Positions 12,479 through 24,599 of a DNA stretch of 64,000 bases are shown here, one piece after another. Under the pieces are notes generated by a model that made no database searches, was not told the DNA's origin, and was given only the letters and a program-made list of their open reading frames with translations. Every line of letters begins with the position of its first letter. Positions within the stretch are counted from its first letter, which is position 1. Source of the stretch: Octopus sinensis (taxonomy: Eukaryota); NCBI RefSeq assembly GCF_006345805.1, contig NC_043000.1, positions 2,976,001-3,040,000 of the forward strand. The letters run 5' to 3'. The position numbers were made by a program, and so were the translations under genes.

Positions 12479-12510
<32 letters not shown>

Positions 12511-12548
12511 ATATATATGTATATATATATATGTATATATATATGTAT

Positions 12549-12617
<69 letters not shown>

Positions 12618-12643
12618 AGATATACATATGTATATATATATAT

Positions 12644-12714
<71 letters not shown>

Positions 12715-12730
12715 AATATATAGAGAGAGA
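12285..12730. repeat. Compound (TG)n/(TA)n/(CA)n microsatellite
   Basis: Direct reading; source of spurious YI-rich ORFs. Confidence 0.95.
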
Positions 12731-13090
12731 GGTGGGGGGAGAGTATCAAATGCTGTTTCTTCTGGGGAAAATATAGATAGTTGCATCTGGGGTTCCACAA
12801 AGAAGGAAATTAACTATCCTCTCCTCTCAGAGGATGTAATACACTTTGCCCTTCTGCAACTCCTTTATTCAACAGACTATTGACCTTCTCACAATCACCA
12901 ATAGCAACGCACTCTACACCATACAACACTACACACTTCCTTCTCACTTTCTTTATTAACATAACCCTTTACTCGTCTTTAATGCTATGTTCACAGGTAT
13001 TAACCACATTCAGCCAAGATACTTCATCACAGTTATTAACCCTGCCTCTATCCATGTACATTGGCCTTGAAAATATCGTCAAATGAGCCA

Positions 13091-13297
13091 TAGCAACCTC
13101 ATCTCTTTCAACATACAGGGACAGTCTTAGCAACCTCATCTCTTTCAACATACAGAGACAGTCTTAGCAACCTCATCTCTTTCAACATACAGAGACAGTC
13201 TTAGCAACCTCATCTCTTTCAACATACAGAGACAGTCTTAGCAACCTCATCTCTTTCAACAGACAGAGACAGTCTTAGCAACCTCATCTCTTTCAAT
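13091..13297 (+). repeat. Minisatellite, 37-bp unit x~5.6
   Basis: tagcaacctcatctctttcaacatacagagacagtct repeated head to tail from 13091, nearly identical, no spacers. Confidence 0.95.
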
Positions 13298-13884
13298 AGT
13301 GCAAGGACACAGAAACATTTAAAAACGACACACAATGAAAACCCTTCTCAGCTGATTCAATACAAATGCTAGATCTTGCAGTCACTGATGATCTCTCAAC
13401 TTTCCTCATAACTGCGTTTTCATTGAAAGGGTATCTCCTCAGAGTAAGAAAATACTTTAGCTCTGTTCGCTTGGAGACCTCTATGAAGCTCGAATAAGAG
13501 TGACATTGAAATACTGTTCACATTCTTGAGACAGTTCTGGAGTACACTCACCCATATACACACACTTGCACACATACAAAGACCCTCGACCAGAAGTTCT
13601 TAATTGAGTAAATCTATGACAGACTTGCATCCTGTTCAAGTGAGGAATATATATGCCCCAGAATCTAGGAGGCCAGCCTTATGCACCTGTGGCTCAGGAA
13701 GGACATTTCATTCTTCTTTTAATATATATATGCAAATGCACATCAAAAAAGTTCCTGGACTAGTTGTGTTTTATACAAAAATAACTTATTTACCCAATTT
13801 TTAACATCATGTCCTTCGAAATAGTCACTTTGCACAGCAATATACTGGTCCCAGCATTCCTGCCACGTTTGGAATCCATCCTGA

Positions 13885-14771
13885 AAGTCATTTGACTGCA
13901 ACCATGCTGGAGCACTGCCTTTAGTCAAGCAAATCGACCCCAGGACTTATTCTTTGTAAGCCTAGTACTTATTCTAATGGTCTCTCTTGCCAAACCACTA
14001 AGTGACTGGTACGTAAACACACCAGCATCAGTTGTCAAGTGATGTTGAGGTGACAAACACAGACACACAAACATATACAGACATAAATCATCATCATCGT
14101 TTAACGTCCGTTTTCCGCACTAGCACGGGTTGGACGGTTCAACTGGGGTCTGGGAAGCCAAGAGGCTGCACCAGGCTCCAGTCTGATCTGGCAGTGTTTC
14201 TACAGCTGGATGCCCTTCCTAACGCCAACCACTCTGCGAGTGTAGTGGGTGCTTTTTACATGCCACCGGCACAGGTGCCAAGGGAGTCTGGCATTGGCCA
14301 CGATCGGTTGGTGCTTTTAACATGCCACCGGCACGGAAGCCAGTCAAGGCAGCGCTGGCATCGGTCACGTTCTGATGGTGCTTTTTATGTGCCACCAACA
14401 CAGAAGCCAGTTGAGGCGGCGCTGGCATCGGCCACGTTCTGATGGTGCTTTTTATGTGCCACCAACACAGAAGCCAGTCGAGGCTGCGCTGGCATCGGCC
14501 ACGTTTGGATGGTGCTTTTTATGTGCCACCGGCACAGGTATCACAACTACTATTTCCATTAATATTTATTTCGATACTATTTCCATTGATATTTATTTCG
14601 ATATATATATACAATGGGCTCCTTTCAGTTTCCGTCTACCAAATCCACTCACAAGGCTTTGATCGGCCCAAGGCTATAGTAGAAGACACTTGCCAAAGGT
14701 GTCATGCAGTAGGACTGAACCCAGAACCATGTGGTTGGTAAGCAAGCTACTTACCACACAGCCACTCCTGC
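13885..14771 (-). mobile_element. SINE family A inserted in mariner, itself carrying a family C insert
   Basis: Tail at 13885, head ends ...cacacagccactcctgcacc at ~14771; mariner frame resumes at ~14797. Confidence 0.9.
14088..14545 (-). mobile_element. Family C retroposon with 5 internal units, nested in SINE A
   Basis: (CAT)n tail at 14088; ggtgctttttacatgccacc units at ~14248, 14310, 14377, 14443, 14511. Confidence 0.9.
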
Positions 14772-15169
14772 ACCTAGCTACTTGCCACACAGCCACTCAA
14801 GTGAGTTGAGGACCTTCTGTGATTTGCTCTTCATCTTGACAACAGTGTTAAAAAAGTGACCTTTGACCTGCGTGTTCATTTTGTGGAAGAGATGGAAGTC
14901 TGCAGGTGCTAAATCTGGCAAACAGGGTGAGTGCGGAAGCTATACCAAGTTGTTTTTGGAGAGAAACTCATGAATGAGGAGAGCTTGGCTACAGGGTGCA
15001 TTGTTATTGTGAAGAATCCAATTCTTCATGATCCACAAATTTGGTCACTTTTGCCAAATGTCCTCCCTCAAATTCTTCAAAACATTACAGAAGAACTCTT
15101 GATTGACAGTCTGGCCCTAGGGGAAGAATTCTCAATGTACGGTACTACATTTCCAGGGGTGACACTTAT

Positions 15170-15657
15170 TTCTTTATTGCCCACAAGGGGCTAAATATAG
15201 AGGGGACAAACAAGGACAGACAAGGGGATTAAGTCGATTACATCGACCCCAGTGCATAACTGGTACTTAATTTATTGAGAGGCGGTGAGCTGGCAGAATC
15301 ATTAGTACGCTGGGCGAAATGCTTAGCAGTATTTCGTCTGCCATTACGTTGTGAGTTCAAATTCCGCCGAGGTCGACTTTGCCTTTTATCCCTTCGGGGT
15401 CAATAAATTAAGTACCATTTACGCACTGGGGTCGATATAATCGACTTAATCTGTCTGTCAGTCCTTGTTTGTCCCCTCTGTGTGTATCACCTTGTGGGTA
15501 ATAAAGAAATAGGTCCTTAATTTATTGATCCTGAAAGGATGAAAGGCAAAGTCGACCTCGGCGGAATTTGAACTCAGAACGTAACGGCAGACGAAATACC
15601 ACTAAGCATTTCGCCTGGCTTGCTAATGATTCTGCCAGCTTGTCACCCCCACCCCAA
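15170..15657. mobile_element. SINE B (-) containing a second SINE B (+, 15279-15515)
   Basis: Outer TSD gggtgacacttat (15157-15169 / 15658-15670); inner TSD cttaatttattga (15266-15278 / 15516-15528). Confidence 0.92.
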
Positions 15658-16824
15658 GGGTGACACTTATGGCAGGTTTTCCAGATTATTCATTGTCTTT
15701 TCAAGGATGTTTTTTCCACTTTTGAAGCACCCATGCCACTTGAAACATTGTGTACGACCCATTGCTTCATCACTATAATCTTGTCAAAGCATGCTCAATG
15801 TCTTTGTAGCAGACTTCCCAAGTTTAACACAAAATTTCACATTGGCTCTTTGTTCCAACTTCCTGTTCCTGACAAAATCGCAGACTACAGCATACACATG
15901 TTCACAAAAACATAAATTTCACATCTTGTGAAGTGAACACAGCAATATCACTTACAATAGGACAAAATTTATATTATTTGCTCTCATCCGAAGCAAGGCT
16001 CTATAACCTCACTACCTCCTCCTGGTCAAAAAAAAAAAAAAAAAGAAAAATGTGTGGAGGGGGTCCCTAATAAACCAGCCTCTCAGTCCACAAAAAAAAA
16101 AGGTCAATACTAGCTCTCACTGTGCATGCAGCTGTGTACTGCAATCTGTTGGCGCTCTACAGAACAAGTCCGGGAACTTTTTGATGTCATGCCATATATG
16201 TGAATGCACACACATACATATATTCTTAGAAAAGCAAAAACTAATGAATCCACACTCAAGAACAAAAATAAATCTTAAAAAACTTACTGCATAGAAAAAT
16301 GATTCATTTGCTGTAATTATGAAAATTACTACAGCTTTGAGGAAAAAAATCTCTCAAGGAAAATTTTTGAAAAATTAAGTGTAAAATGTTATTATACAAT
16401 AAAAAAATCAGTTCTTTCTTAGCACATTTCTATAAAACTCATCTTCAAATATCTGAAGTGTGAAAATTGCAATAATTTTGGGTTAATCAATGTTCTCAGA
16501 CAAACTAATAGCAGCATATTTTTACAAGAAATTTTCCCAAAAAATAAAGTGAATTTGTGTGTGTGTGTGTCTTCTGTTTTTTTAATTATTTGAATTCTTC
16601 CCCTGAGGGATGAGTTGATCTCTAACAAATTTACAACACCCCTATCATTAGAATGTAGGTAACAAAAACAATGTCACATTTGAAACTCAAGGAAAGTCTT
16701 GTATATTTTTACTGTTCCACTTACAGCCTGTATTTGAAATGTGGGAGTTGGTTGATTTCTTTTTCTGGAAACCTTAACTTATTCAAACTGTCACTTAAGC
16801 ATTTACTCACAATGTATGTGTGTA

Positions 16825-16843
16825 TTTGCTTATATATATGTAT

Positions 16844-16942
<99 letters not shown>

Positions 16943-17040
16943 TTATATATATATATATTATATATATATAATATAATATATATATATATATCTATATATA
17001 TATATATTATATATATATATATCTATATATATATATATGC
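16825..17040. repeat. (TA)n microsatellite
   Basis: Direct reading. Confidence 0.95.
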
Positions 17041-17042
17041 AT

Positions 17043-17428
17043 GCACAGGAGTGGCTGTGTGGGTAAGTAGCTTGTTTACCAACCACATGGTTCCAGGTTC
17101 AGTCCCACTGCATGGCACCTTGGACAAGTGTCTTCTACTATAGTCTCGGGCCGACTAAAGCCTTGTGAGTGGATTTGGTTGACAGAAACTGAAAGAAGCC
17201 CATTGTATATGTGTATATATGTATGTATGTGTGTGTCTGTGTTTGTCCCCCCAACATTGCTTGACAGCCAATGGTGGTGTGTTTATGTCCCCCGTAACTT
17301 AGTGGTTAGGCAAAAGAGACTGATAGAATAAGAACTGGCTTACAAAGAATAAGTCCTGGGGTCGTTTTGCTCGACTAAAGGCGGTGCTCCAGCATGGCTG
17401 CAGTCAAATGACTGAAACAAGTAAAAGA
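17043..17428 (+). mobile_element. SINE family A, near full length
   Basis: Head and tail match the family A pattern. Confidence 0.93.
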
Positions 17429-17802
17429 ATATATATATGCATAAAAGTGAGTTTGGAGGGATATATAATCCAGGAGGATACCATATTAGCTCCCAGTTAA
17501 GTTCTAGTGAACAGCTAACCACTACTGTTAGTATTTAATGTCTGTGACTACAATTTGTTGCTAGTTACTCTGTAAATTCTTCCAATGGGTAATTCTACGT
17601 ATGCTTCACTGGATGGTAAAAATTGTCTGGAGTATCTATCATTATCAATAATAATGAGTATGGAGATTTGTACATCCACAAAATTTATTTTAGAGTTATA
17701 AGATAACTACATTTGCAACAGTGAGTAGTTGCCGCTGCAGAAACACATGGTAGTGTGTATAACTATAAAATAAATTTTGTGGCTGTACAAGTCTCCATAT
17801 TT

Positions 17803-17840
17803 TTTATTATTACTACTACTACTGCTACTACTACTACTAC

Positions 17841-17871
<31 letters not shown>

Positions 17872-17941
17872 AATTATTAATAATGATGATAATAATAATA
17901 ATAATGATGATAATAATAATGATAATAATAATAATAATAAG
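17803..17941. repeat. Trinucleotide microsatellites (TAC/TGA/TAA)n
   Basis: Direct reading. Confidence 0.95.
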
Positions 17942-18124
17942 TGAGAACTGTTGCTGCTCATGTATTTTAATTTAACTTAAAAAAAAAAAAAAATTTTTTT
18001 TAAATGAATGAACTATTGAGTTTGGTTTAATGGCCTACCAATGTATACTATGAGTTTCTTTGCCCTAGGAGTCGGGAAGACACTCGGCAAGAAATGGAAG
18101 CAAATTTGAAAGAAGAAAAAAAAA

Positions 18125-18155
<31 letters not shown>

Positions 18156-18189
18156 GAAGAAGAAGAAGAAGAAGAAGAAGAATAATAAT

Positions 18190-18743
18190 GCCCTGATGCA
18201 GTACCAGGCAGTGGCTCTCATGGCTTCTGATCTTAACTGATTGGAAGTGTTATCATGTACATTGTTTTGTCTTGGTATAAAAGATGGTCTACAGCAAATA
18301 TTCTGCTCAATGCCACAGATTTGCTTGTCAGTTGTTTGACTTTAACCAGTTGAGCATGTCCCTTAGTGGCTGACGATATGTGCATCTCTGATCATGAGCA
18401 GAAGTAGTTGGGGAGCATCATAGCCATGTGTTGAGAGGGATTCTTTGGGGTTTGAATAATTCACCCCTGGAAACATGGGTGGTTCGTTCAACATCCTTAA
18501 ACAACCCTTATTCAGGGACCTTTTGAGTGGAATGGGTTACTCGACCAGAAGAAAATTCTAACTGGGCCCCTCCTGCAAGGTTATGTGCTGTTTATCTTGA
18601 GATAAGATCACCATGTTGCGCACATATGGTTGTGATGCATGTGCCTAGTGTACCCTTATCAGACGGGTAGTCATGATGGGTATACTGGGCTTTGTATATT
18701 TTACCCCAGTGTCACTTTGATGGCATGCACTGCTCTCTCACCC
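18190..18743 (+). mobile_element. Unclassified ~555-bp interspersed repeat flanked by (AAT)n
   Basis: Closely similar second copy at 63441-63901 with the same 3' end (ctgctctctcac.caataataat) and a shorter 5' end. Confidence 0.8.
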
Positions 18744-18799
<56 letters not shown>

Positions 18800-18803
<4 letters not shown>

Positions 18804-19865
18804 GATCTGGAAATAGAGGTAACTTGAATGTGGAGCCTAAAAACAGAAACAATTAACCACTTGATGAAAATTTTCGGTCTTAGCATAACTACAGATACCT
18901 ACCTGACGGTTGTCAATTTCCTAGATTTATCATTAGATCTAAATAAGAATATCTATAAACCTTATAGGAAGCCCAACGATAGACTTAGTTATATTAGTGT
19001 GGGTTCCTGCCATCCCCCCATAGTGTTTAAAAATTTAGTTAAAAACATTAGGAAAAGAATTTCTAGCCTCTCCTCCGATAGGGACATTTTTAATAGCATT
19101 GTCCTAGTATATAATAAGGCTCTAAAAGATAGCGGATTTAGTGAGGAAATAACCTATATACCTGCCACCAGTCCAATAATAAAGAAAAAGAAACAGGAAT
19201 AGGAAAACTATTTGGTTCAAACACCCCTACTCACCTGAAGTGACCTTTAATATAGGCATATAGGCAAGTATTTCCTAGCACTGATAGATAGACATTTTCC
19301 AGTCAACCATACTTACAGAAAGCTCTTCAATAGACATAACTTTAAAATCAGTTTCAGCTCAACTACTAATTTTAAAAATATAATCGCACACAACACACAA
19401 AAACCACAATACGAAACCAGCTGTTCATGCAGGGATAAATAATTTGTGCCCGCTAAATGGAGCTTGCATGTCCGAGACCATCATTTATGAAGCCACCATG
19501 AACTTTATATCCACTAAGGACACAGTTTCGACGAAGAAATATGTAGGCCTTACAGAGGGTAATTTCAAGGCCAGGTTCGATAATCACACCTTGAGCTTCA
19601 GGCACTGGGATAAAAGGAAAACGACCAAATTATCCAGTCATATATGGTCCTTAGAAGATAAAGGTGTCGGTTACATCCATTGGAAGATCTTAGCCAAATG
19701 TAAGCCCTACACCAATGGCAGTGGAAAGTGCGGTCTTTGTGATATGGAAAGATGGCACATCTGGAAAAGCAGCTTAGACACTGCCACATGTCTAAATTCA
19801 AGAACTGGACTTTTCAGATCATGTCCAAATGTGGCTAAATATTTGTTACGTTTTTGGTCCCCCCG
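18800..19865 (+). pseudogene. Penelope-like element: RT thumb + GIY-YIG endonuclease, 5'-truncated and disrupted
   Basis: VNFLDLSLDL..YKPYRKPND...SCHPP (RT C-terminal region), WF..PYS, CPLNGAC..ETIIY....KYVGLTEGNFKARFDNH (GIY-YIG), CGLC; stops at ~19200 and ~19440. Confidence 0.93.
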
Positions 19866-20164
19866 AGATTACAGATAGGACTTACTTTCTATATTGTGTC
19901 CACGTACAAGCTTTTTATGTCTCTATACTTTTTACTTATATTTCTTATATATTTTTTTTACATATTTATAGAGATATTGTTTTATAAATTTTTATTGCTC
20001 ATATATTTTTTACACATAATTTTTTTGTATTCTACCTTCCACCCTGCATTTTTCCTGTGCATATATAGATGTGTATATGGAATTTTTTGTGTGCACATAT
20101 GGATGTATGTGTGTGTGTAGTTATGTGCATATGTAGATGTGTGTGTTTTATCATGGTTACCGAA

Positions 20165-20673
20165 TAATTGTCACTGGATTCTCTTGCTTGTGTGGCATGG
20201 TGCAGAGTCCTGTTGCCAGACATAGGGTTTTCCAGCAGCCACCCTCTTGACCCAGGGCAGCACTACCTCCTCCAAGCACTTGAGGTAGACCTCTGTGTTG
20301 AGTCTGAGGCTGTGTGGGAAGATGAATGGAGGCATAATGTCACCATCACTAGTGATCACTCCAAACACCATAATGTTGACTGGATGTTTGATTTTTATCA
20401 TTCTGGTACATGTTTTGGGGACATGGCAAGTCCTCAGATCGACACCCAAACACTCTGAAATGTTTGTACTGAAGCTTCCGGCATATATGCCAAGCAGTGT
20501 AGCATGTTGTTTCCAAGTTTCTGGCAAAGTGAATTGTGTCATGGTGCTGTTTTTCTCAGAGACAGTGCCCACCTGACTCTACTATACTGGGTAGCTGAGA
20601 AATTAAAAAACAAACAATGCGCATGCATGAAATTAAAAGTATAAAATGGCGACAATTTACCCATCACACCCTG
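20165..20673 (-). mobile_element. Tc1/mariner-superfamily (maT/DD37D-like) element, internally deleted
   Basis: KHPVNIMVFGVITSDGDIMPPFIF...YVWQQDSAPCHTS; terminus reads CAGGGTGTGATGGGTAAATTG on the minus strand from 20673 with flanking TA. Confidence 0.85.
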
Positions 20674-20675
20674 TA

Positions 20676-20805
20676 TATGTATGTATGCATGTATGTATGT
20701 ATGTACGTATGTATGTATGTATGTATGTATGTATGTATGTATGTATGTATGTATGTATGTATGCATGCATGCATGTATGTATGTATGTATGTATGTATGT
20801 ATATA
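20676..20805. repeat. (TATG)n microsatellite
   Basis: Direct reading. Confidence 0.95.
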
Positions 20806-21225
20806 TTCTTTTATTCTTTTATTCTTTTACTTGTTTCAGTCATTTGATTGTGGCCATGCTGGAGCGCTGCCTTTAGTCAAATCACATCGACCCCAAGACT
20901 TATTCTTTGTAAGCCTAGTACTTTTCTACCGGTCTCTTTTGCCAAACTGCTAAGTTACGGTGACCTAAACACACCAGCATCGGTTGTCAAGCGATGTTGG
21001 GGGTGGGGGAAACACCGAACAACAACATATACACACACATACACATATATATACATACATATACAACGGGCTTCTTTCAGTTTCTGTCTTCCAAATCCAC
21101 TCACAAGGCTTTGGTCGGCCCGAGGCTATAGTAGAAGATACTTGCCCAAGGTGCCACACAGTGGGACTGAACCCGGAACCATGTGGTTGGTAAGCAAGCT
21201 ACTTACCACACAGCCACTCCTGCAC
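20806..21225 (-). mobile_element. SINE family A, full length
   Basis: Matches family A on the minus strand. Confidence 0.93.
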
Positions 21226-21427
21226 CTATATATTATATATATATACATTTATTTCAGTCATTGAATACCACCATGCTGGGGCCCTGTCTTGAAGGGGTTA
21301 CACAATGAAATCAGCTTGTATTTTATTTTTCAAGTCTAGTACATAGTCTATTTGACTCTTCCTGCTGAACCGCTAAGTTACTGGGCCATAACCAAATCAA
21401 TATTTGTTGTTAAGAGATGAGAGAAGA

Positions 21428-21429
<2 letters not shown>

Positions 21430-21472
<43 letters not shown>

Positions 21473-22055
21473 CACACACACACATACATACTTTCACTTT
21501 CACCCTTTCACACACGGTATCATATTTCATGACACTCTACACGTACACTCTTACACATGCACTTGTACACATACACATGAAGAAAATATACATATACATA
21601 CATATACATATTGCATATATATATATATAGATACACAACAGAAGAGAACAACTACCTCCTACAACTACGATATATGCAGTCAGCCAGTCTCGCACTATGC
21701 ACACACACACACAAAAAAGAAAACACATGATGTACAAACAACAAATATAACAACAACAACAACAGCTACAATAAGACACTGACAACAATGTCAAACCTAT
21801 TGATTGAACTCCTAACAATGGTTCAATTCTCTGACCTATTTATTTGCCCTGATCCAATGCATAACCAGAACAGTGCCACGCTGGTTTCAAGCCTGTACAT
21901 TTTTACGTTGTGCTAAAGTGCAGCCCACTTAACATTGCATTCCACTTCTTCTCACTAGAATTATCTTTATTTCTTCAGCACTTTCGGTTTCTTGTAATTT
22001 CTTTCTTTTCTCTTCTATTTTATCATTATTATTATTATTGTTATTATTATTATTA

Positions 22056-22089
<34 letters not shown>

Positions 22090-22226
22090 TTTTTATTTTT
22101 TATTTTTTGCTGTGTTCTTGTTTCTTTAGCTATGACAGTCTGCAGAAGAGTGTCTTCTGCATACTCTGCATCTCTGTTCTTTGTAGTAAACTAATGGATA
22201 TATGAGTGAGTGAGTGAGTGAGTGCT

Positions 22227-22264
<38 letters not shown>

Positions 22265-22680
22265 TGTATGTTGTATCTTTTATATATGTGTATATTGTGT
22301 ATACATATATGTATATACACACATATATTTTGTATATATATATATATATATTGTGTGCGTATATGTGTATGTATGTAAATATGTGTGTGTGTGTATGTGT
22401 ATATATATATATATGTATACATATATATATACACACATATATATATTTAAATATATGTATGTGGGTGTGTGTGTGTGCATATGTATGTGTGTGTATATAT
22501 ATTATGTATACAATATATATGTATACACACATTTTTTTCACACTTATATCCTTTTCTCTCTCTCTCTCTGTATATATATATATATATTATATATATATAT
22601 ACACACACACATACACACACACATGAATATATATGCATACACTATCTGCCTACATCCACACACATACACACACACACTAA
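21430..22680. repeat. Low-complexity block: (CA)n, (TAT)n, (GAGT)n, (TG)n, (TA)n
   Basis: Direct reading. Confidence 0.9.
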
Positions 22681-23060
22681 TATTTAATTTAATTTTCCTT
22701 TCATGATGTGAGTTTAAACCACCATGATTTTCAATAACAAGCTTGGAATATTTGGTGTTAGTGGTGGTGTTAGCATGAAAGAATCAATTAAATTGACACC
22801 TGCTTTGGGTTTTGATTGACCTTGGAATAATGAAAGGCAAACCTCAGCAAGATTTTATCTTAGAGTATAAAGAGCTAGAACAAATATATGAAAGGCCCAA
22901 AATTTTGTGAGAAGGGGTTGCTAGTTAATTATATTGATTCAGTACTTATTTATCAACAGCAAAAGGATGAAAGGCAAAGTCATCCTCAGCAGAATTTGAA
23001 CTCAGAACACAAAACCAGAAGAAATACCACTAAACATTTTGTCTAGTGTGCTAACAATTC

Positions 23061-23288
23061 TTATTGCTTTATTGCTCACAAAGGGCTAAACATAGAGGGG
23101 ACAAACAAGGACAGACAAAGGGATTAAGTTTATTACATTGATCCCAGTGCACAACTGGTACTTATTTTATCAACCCTGAAAGGATGAAAGGTAAAGTCGA
23201 CCTTGGCGGAATTTGAACTCAGTATGTAACAGCAGACGAAATACTGCTAAGCATTTCGCCCGGCGTGCTAACGTTTCTGCCAGCTCAC
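23061..23288 (-). mobile_element. SINE family B
   Basis: gggctaaacatagaggggacaaac...gtcgaccttggcggaatttgaactcag...ttctgccagctc. Confidence 0.9.
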
Positions 23289-23295
23289 TGCTGTA

Positions 23296-24065
23296 ATAAT
23301 GGCAATAATAATGTTAGTGCTTGTGAAATTTTTGCTCAGAAAGAGTACAAGCATAGACACAACAAGGTAGCCCAAAAGCGCCACTGCTGTAAGTATGGAT
23401 ATGACGTTACAGGTGCTTGGTACCAACATATTCCAAAAACGGTAATGGATGGAGAGGGGAAGTTAAAGATCCTCTGGGACTTTGACTTCCAGACAGACAA
23501 GGCGAGCTGGCAGAATCGTTAGCACACAGGGTGAAACACTTAGCAGTATTTCATCTGCCGTTACGTTCTAAGTTCAAATTCTGCCGAGGTCGACTTTGCC
23601 TTTCATCCTTTCGGGGTCGATAAATTAAGTACCAGTCACGCACTGGAGTCGATATAATTGACTTAATCCATCTGTCTGTCCTTGTTTGTCTCCTCTGTAT
23701 TTAGCCCTTTGTGGGTAGTAAAGAAATAGGTATTAGATCACCAAAGGCCGAATATAATTACCTTTAGGAGGGACAACCAAGAGCGCCTAATAATTGACGT
23801 GGCAGTGCCAGGAGGTCAACATGTCATATTGAAAGAAAGAGAAAAGGTTGATAAATATGGAGACCTGAGAATTGAGAGATTGCTAAGATGTGGCAGCTAC
23901 GAGAGTCAGGCATAAAGGTTATCCCTATAGTCATTGGAGCATTGGGTTCAATACCACCTGATCTTAAAAAAACATCTGAAAATACCCTACAATCTAGATG
24001 TATTGCAAAAGTCGGCATTACTTGGAACTGTACGCTTATTGCATAAAGTACTGTCTGTCTGAGGT
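23296..24065 (+). pseudogene. R4/Dong-type non-LTR retrotransposon 3' fragment with restriction-like endonuclease
   Basis: AQKEYKHRHNKVA...KILWDFDFQTDK|VLDHQRPNII...LIIDVAVP...KEREKVDKYGDL...IPIVIGALG...LQKSALLGTVRLLHKVL*; split by SINE B at 23501-23731. Confidence 0.88.
23501..23731 (+). mobile_element. SINE family B inserted in the R4/Dong-type ORF
   Basis: ggcgagctggcagaatcg (A-box-like) ... aagttcaaattc (B-box-like) ... gtcgactttgcctttcatcc ... aaagaaatag. Confidence 0.93.
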
Positions 24066-24242
24066 CCTTGCTGTGACAAACAGTACAGTATGATAATTGT
24101 AATTGAGTGTCACCATCATACAAGTGCTGTTATTTGTTTCCAACCCTCTATGAAAATGTCTAGTCATGGGGCAGTACTACCTTGGTTAGAAGCAAATGGC
24201 AGCTGGTGACAGGAAGAACATCCAGTTGTAAAAATATCTGCC

Positions 24243-24599
24243 TTAACCCCCTAGCATTTATACCAACTATATCAAGCCTTTTTCTCTTCGTTCTTCGCCC
24301 GGCTCACCGATAATCGGTGGACGCACGCAGTTGTCGAGTGGTACCCGCGTGAGCGGAAAAGACCACCCAGAAGACCTCCACGACGGTGGAGTTACGATTT
24401 CAGGAGGACGATTGGGATCACATGGATGAGAAAGGCATGATCCAGAGAGGAGTGGACAGCGTGCTGTGACCAGCGGTGTCAAATGGACGCCTGACGGACT
24501 GGTCGGTCAAAGTGATCAAAGTATGCATAGTCAATTCAAAACAATATGAATAAATATGCATTATGTTTAACAGAGAAATCTGAATGCTAAATGGGTTAA
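24243..24599. mobile_element. TTAA-flanked MITE (piggyBac-like, family P1) carrying an RTE insert
   Basis: TTAA-cccc(c)tagcattt ... gaatgctaaatggg-TTAA. Confidence 0.7.
24297..24540 (+). mobile_element. RTE-clade LINE 3' end, CpG-rich
   Basis: Frame 24297-24494: ARLTDNRWTHAVVEWYPRERKRPPRRPPRRWSYDF..IGITWMRKA*SREEW, typical RTE C-terminus. Confidence 0.85.

Larger units (their letters stand above)
13731..16194 (-). mobile_element. Second mariner element, both TIRs present, internally deleted and split by nested SINEs
   Basis: TIRs catcaaaaa(a)gttcc(t/c)ggact at both ends, each flanked by TA; minus-strand pieces EQRANVKFCVKLGKSAT (15.7-15.9 kb), GQTVNQEFFCNVL..WILHNNNAP..PDLAPADF (14.8-15.15 kb), DFQDGFQTWQECW...DYFEG (13.8-13.9 kb). 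Confidence 0.9.

Noticed and set aside
12775-12840. IVASGVPQ resembling the RT motif SGVPQGS
   Set aside because: Similarity ends after 7 residues; no other RT motifs in any frame
13091-13297. 37-bp repeat as a CRISPR array
   Set aside because: Units are contiguous with no unique spacers; eukaryotic context; no cas genes
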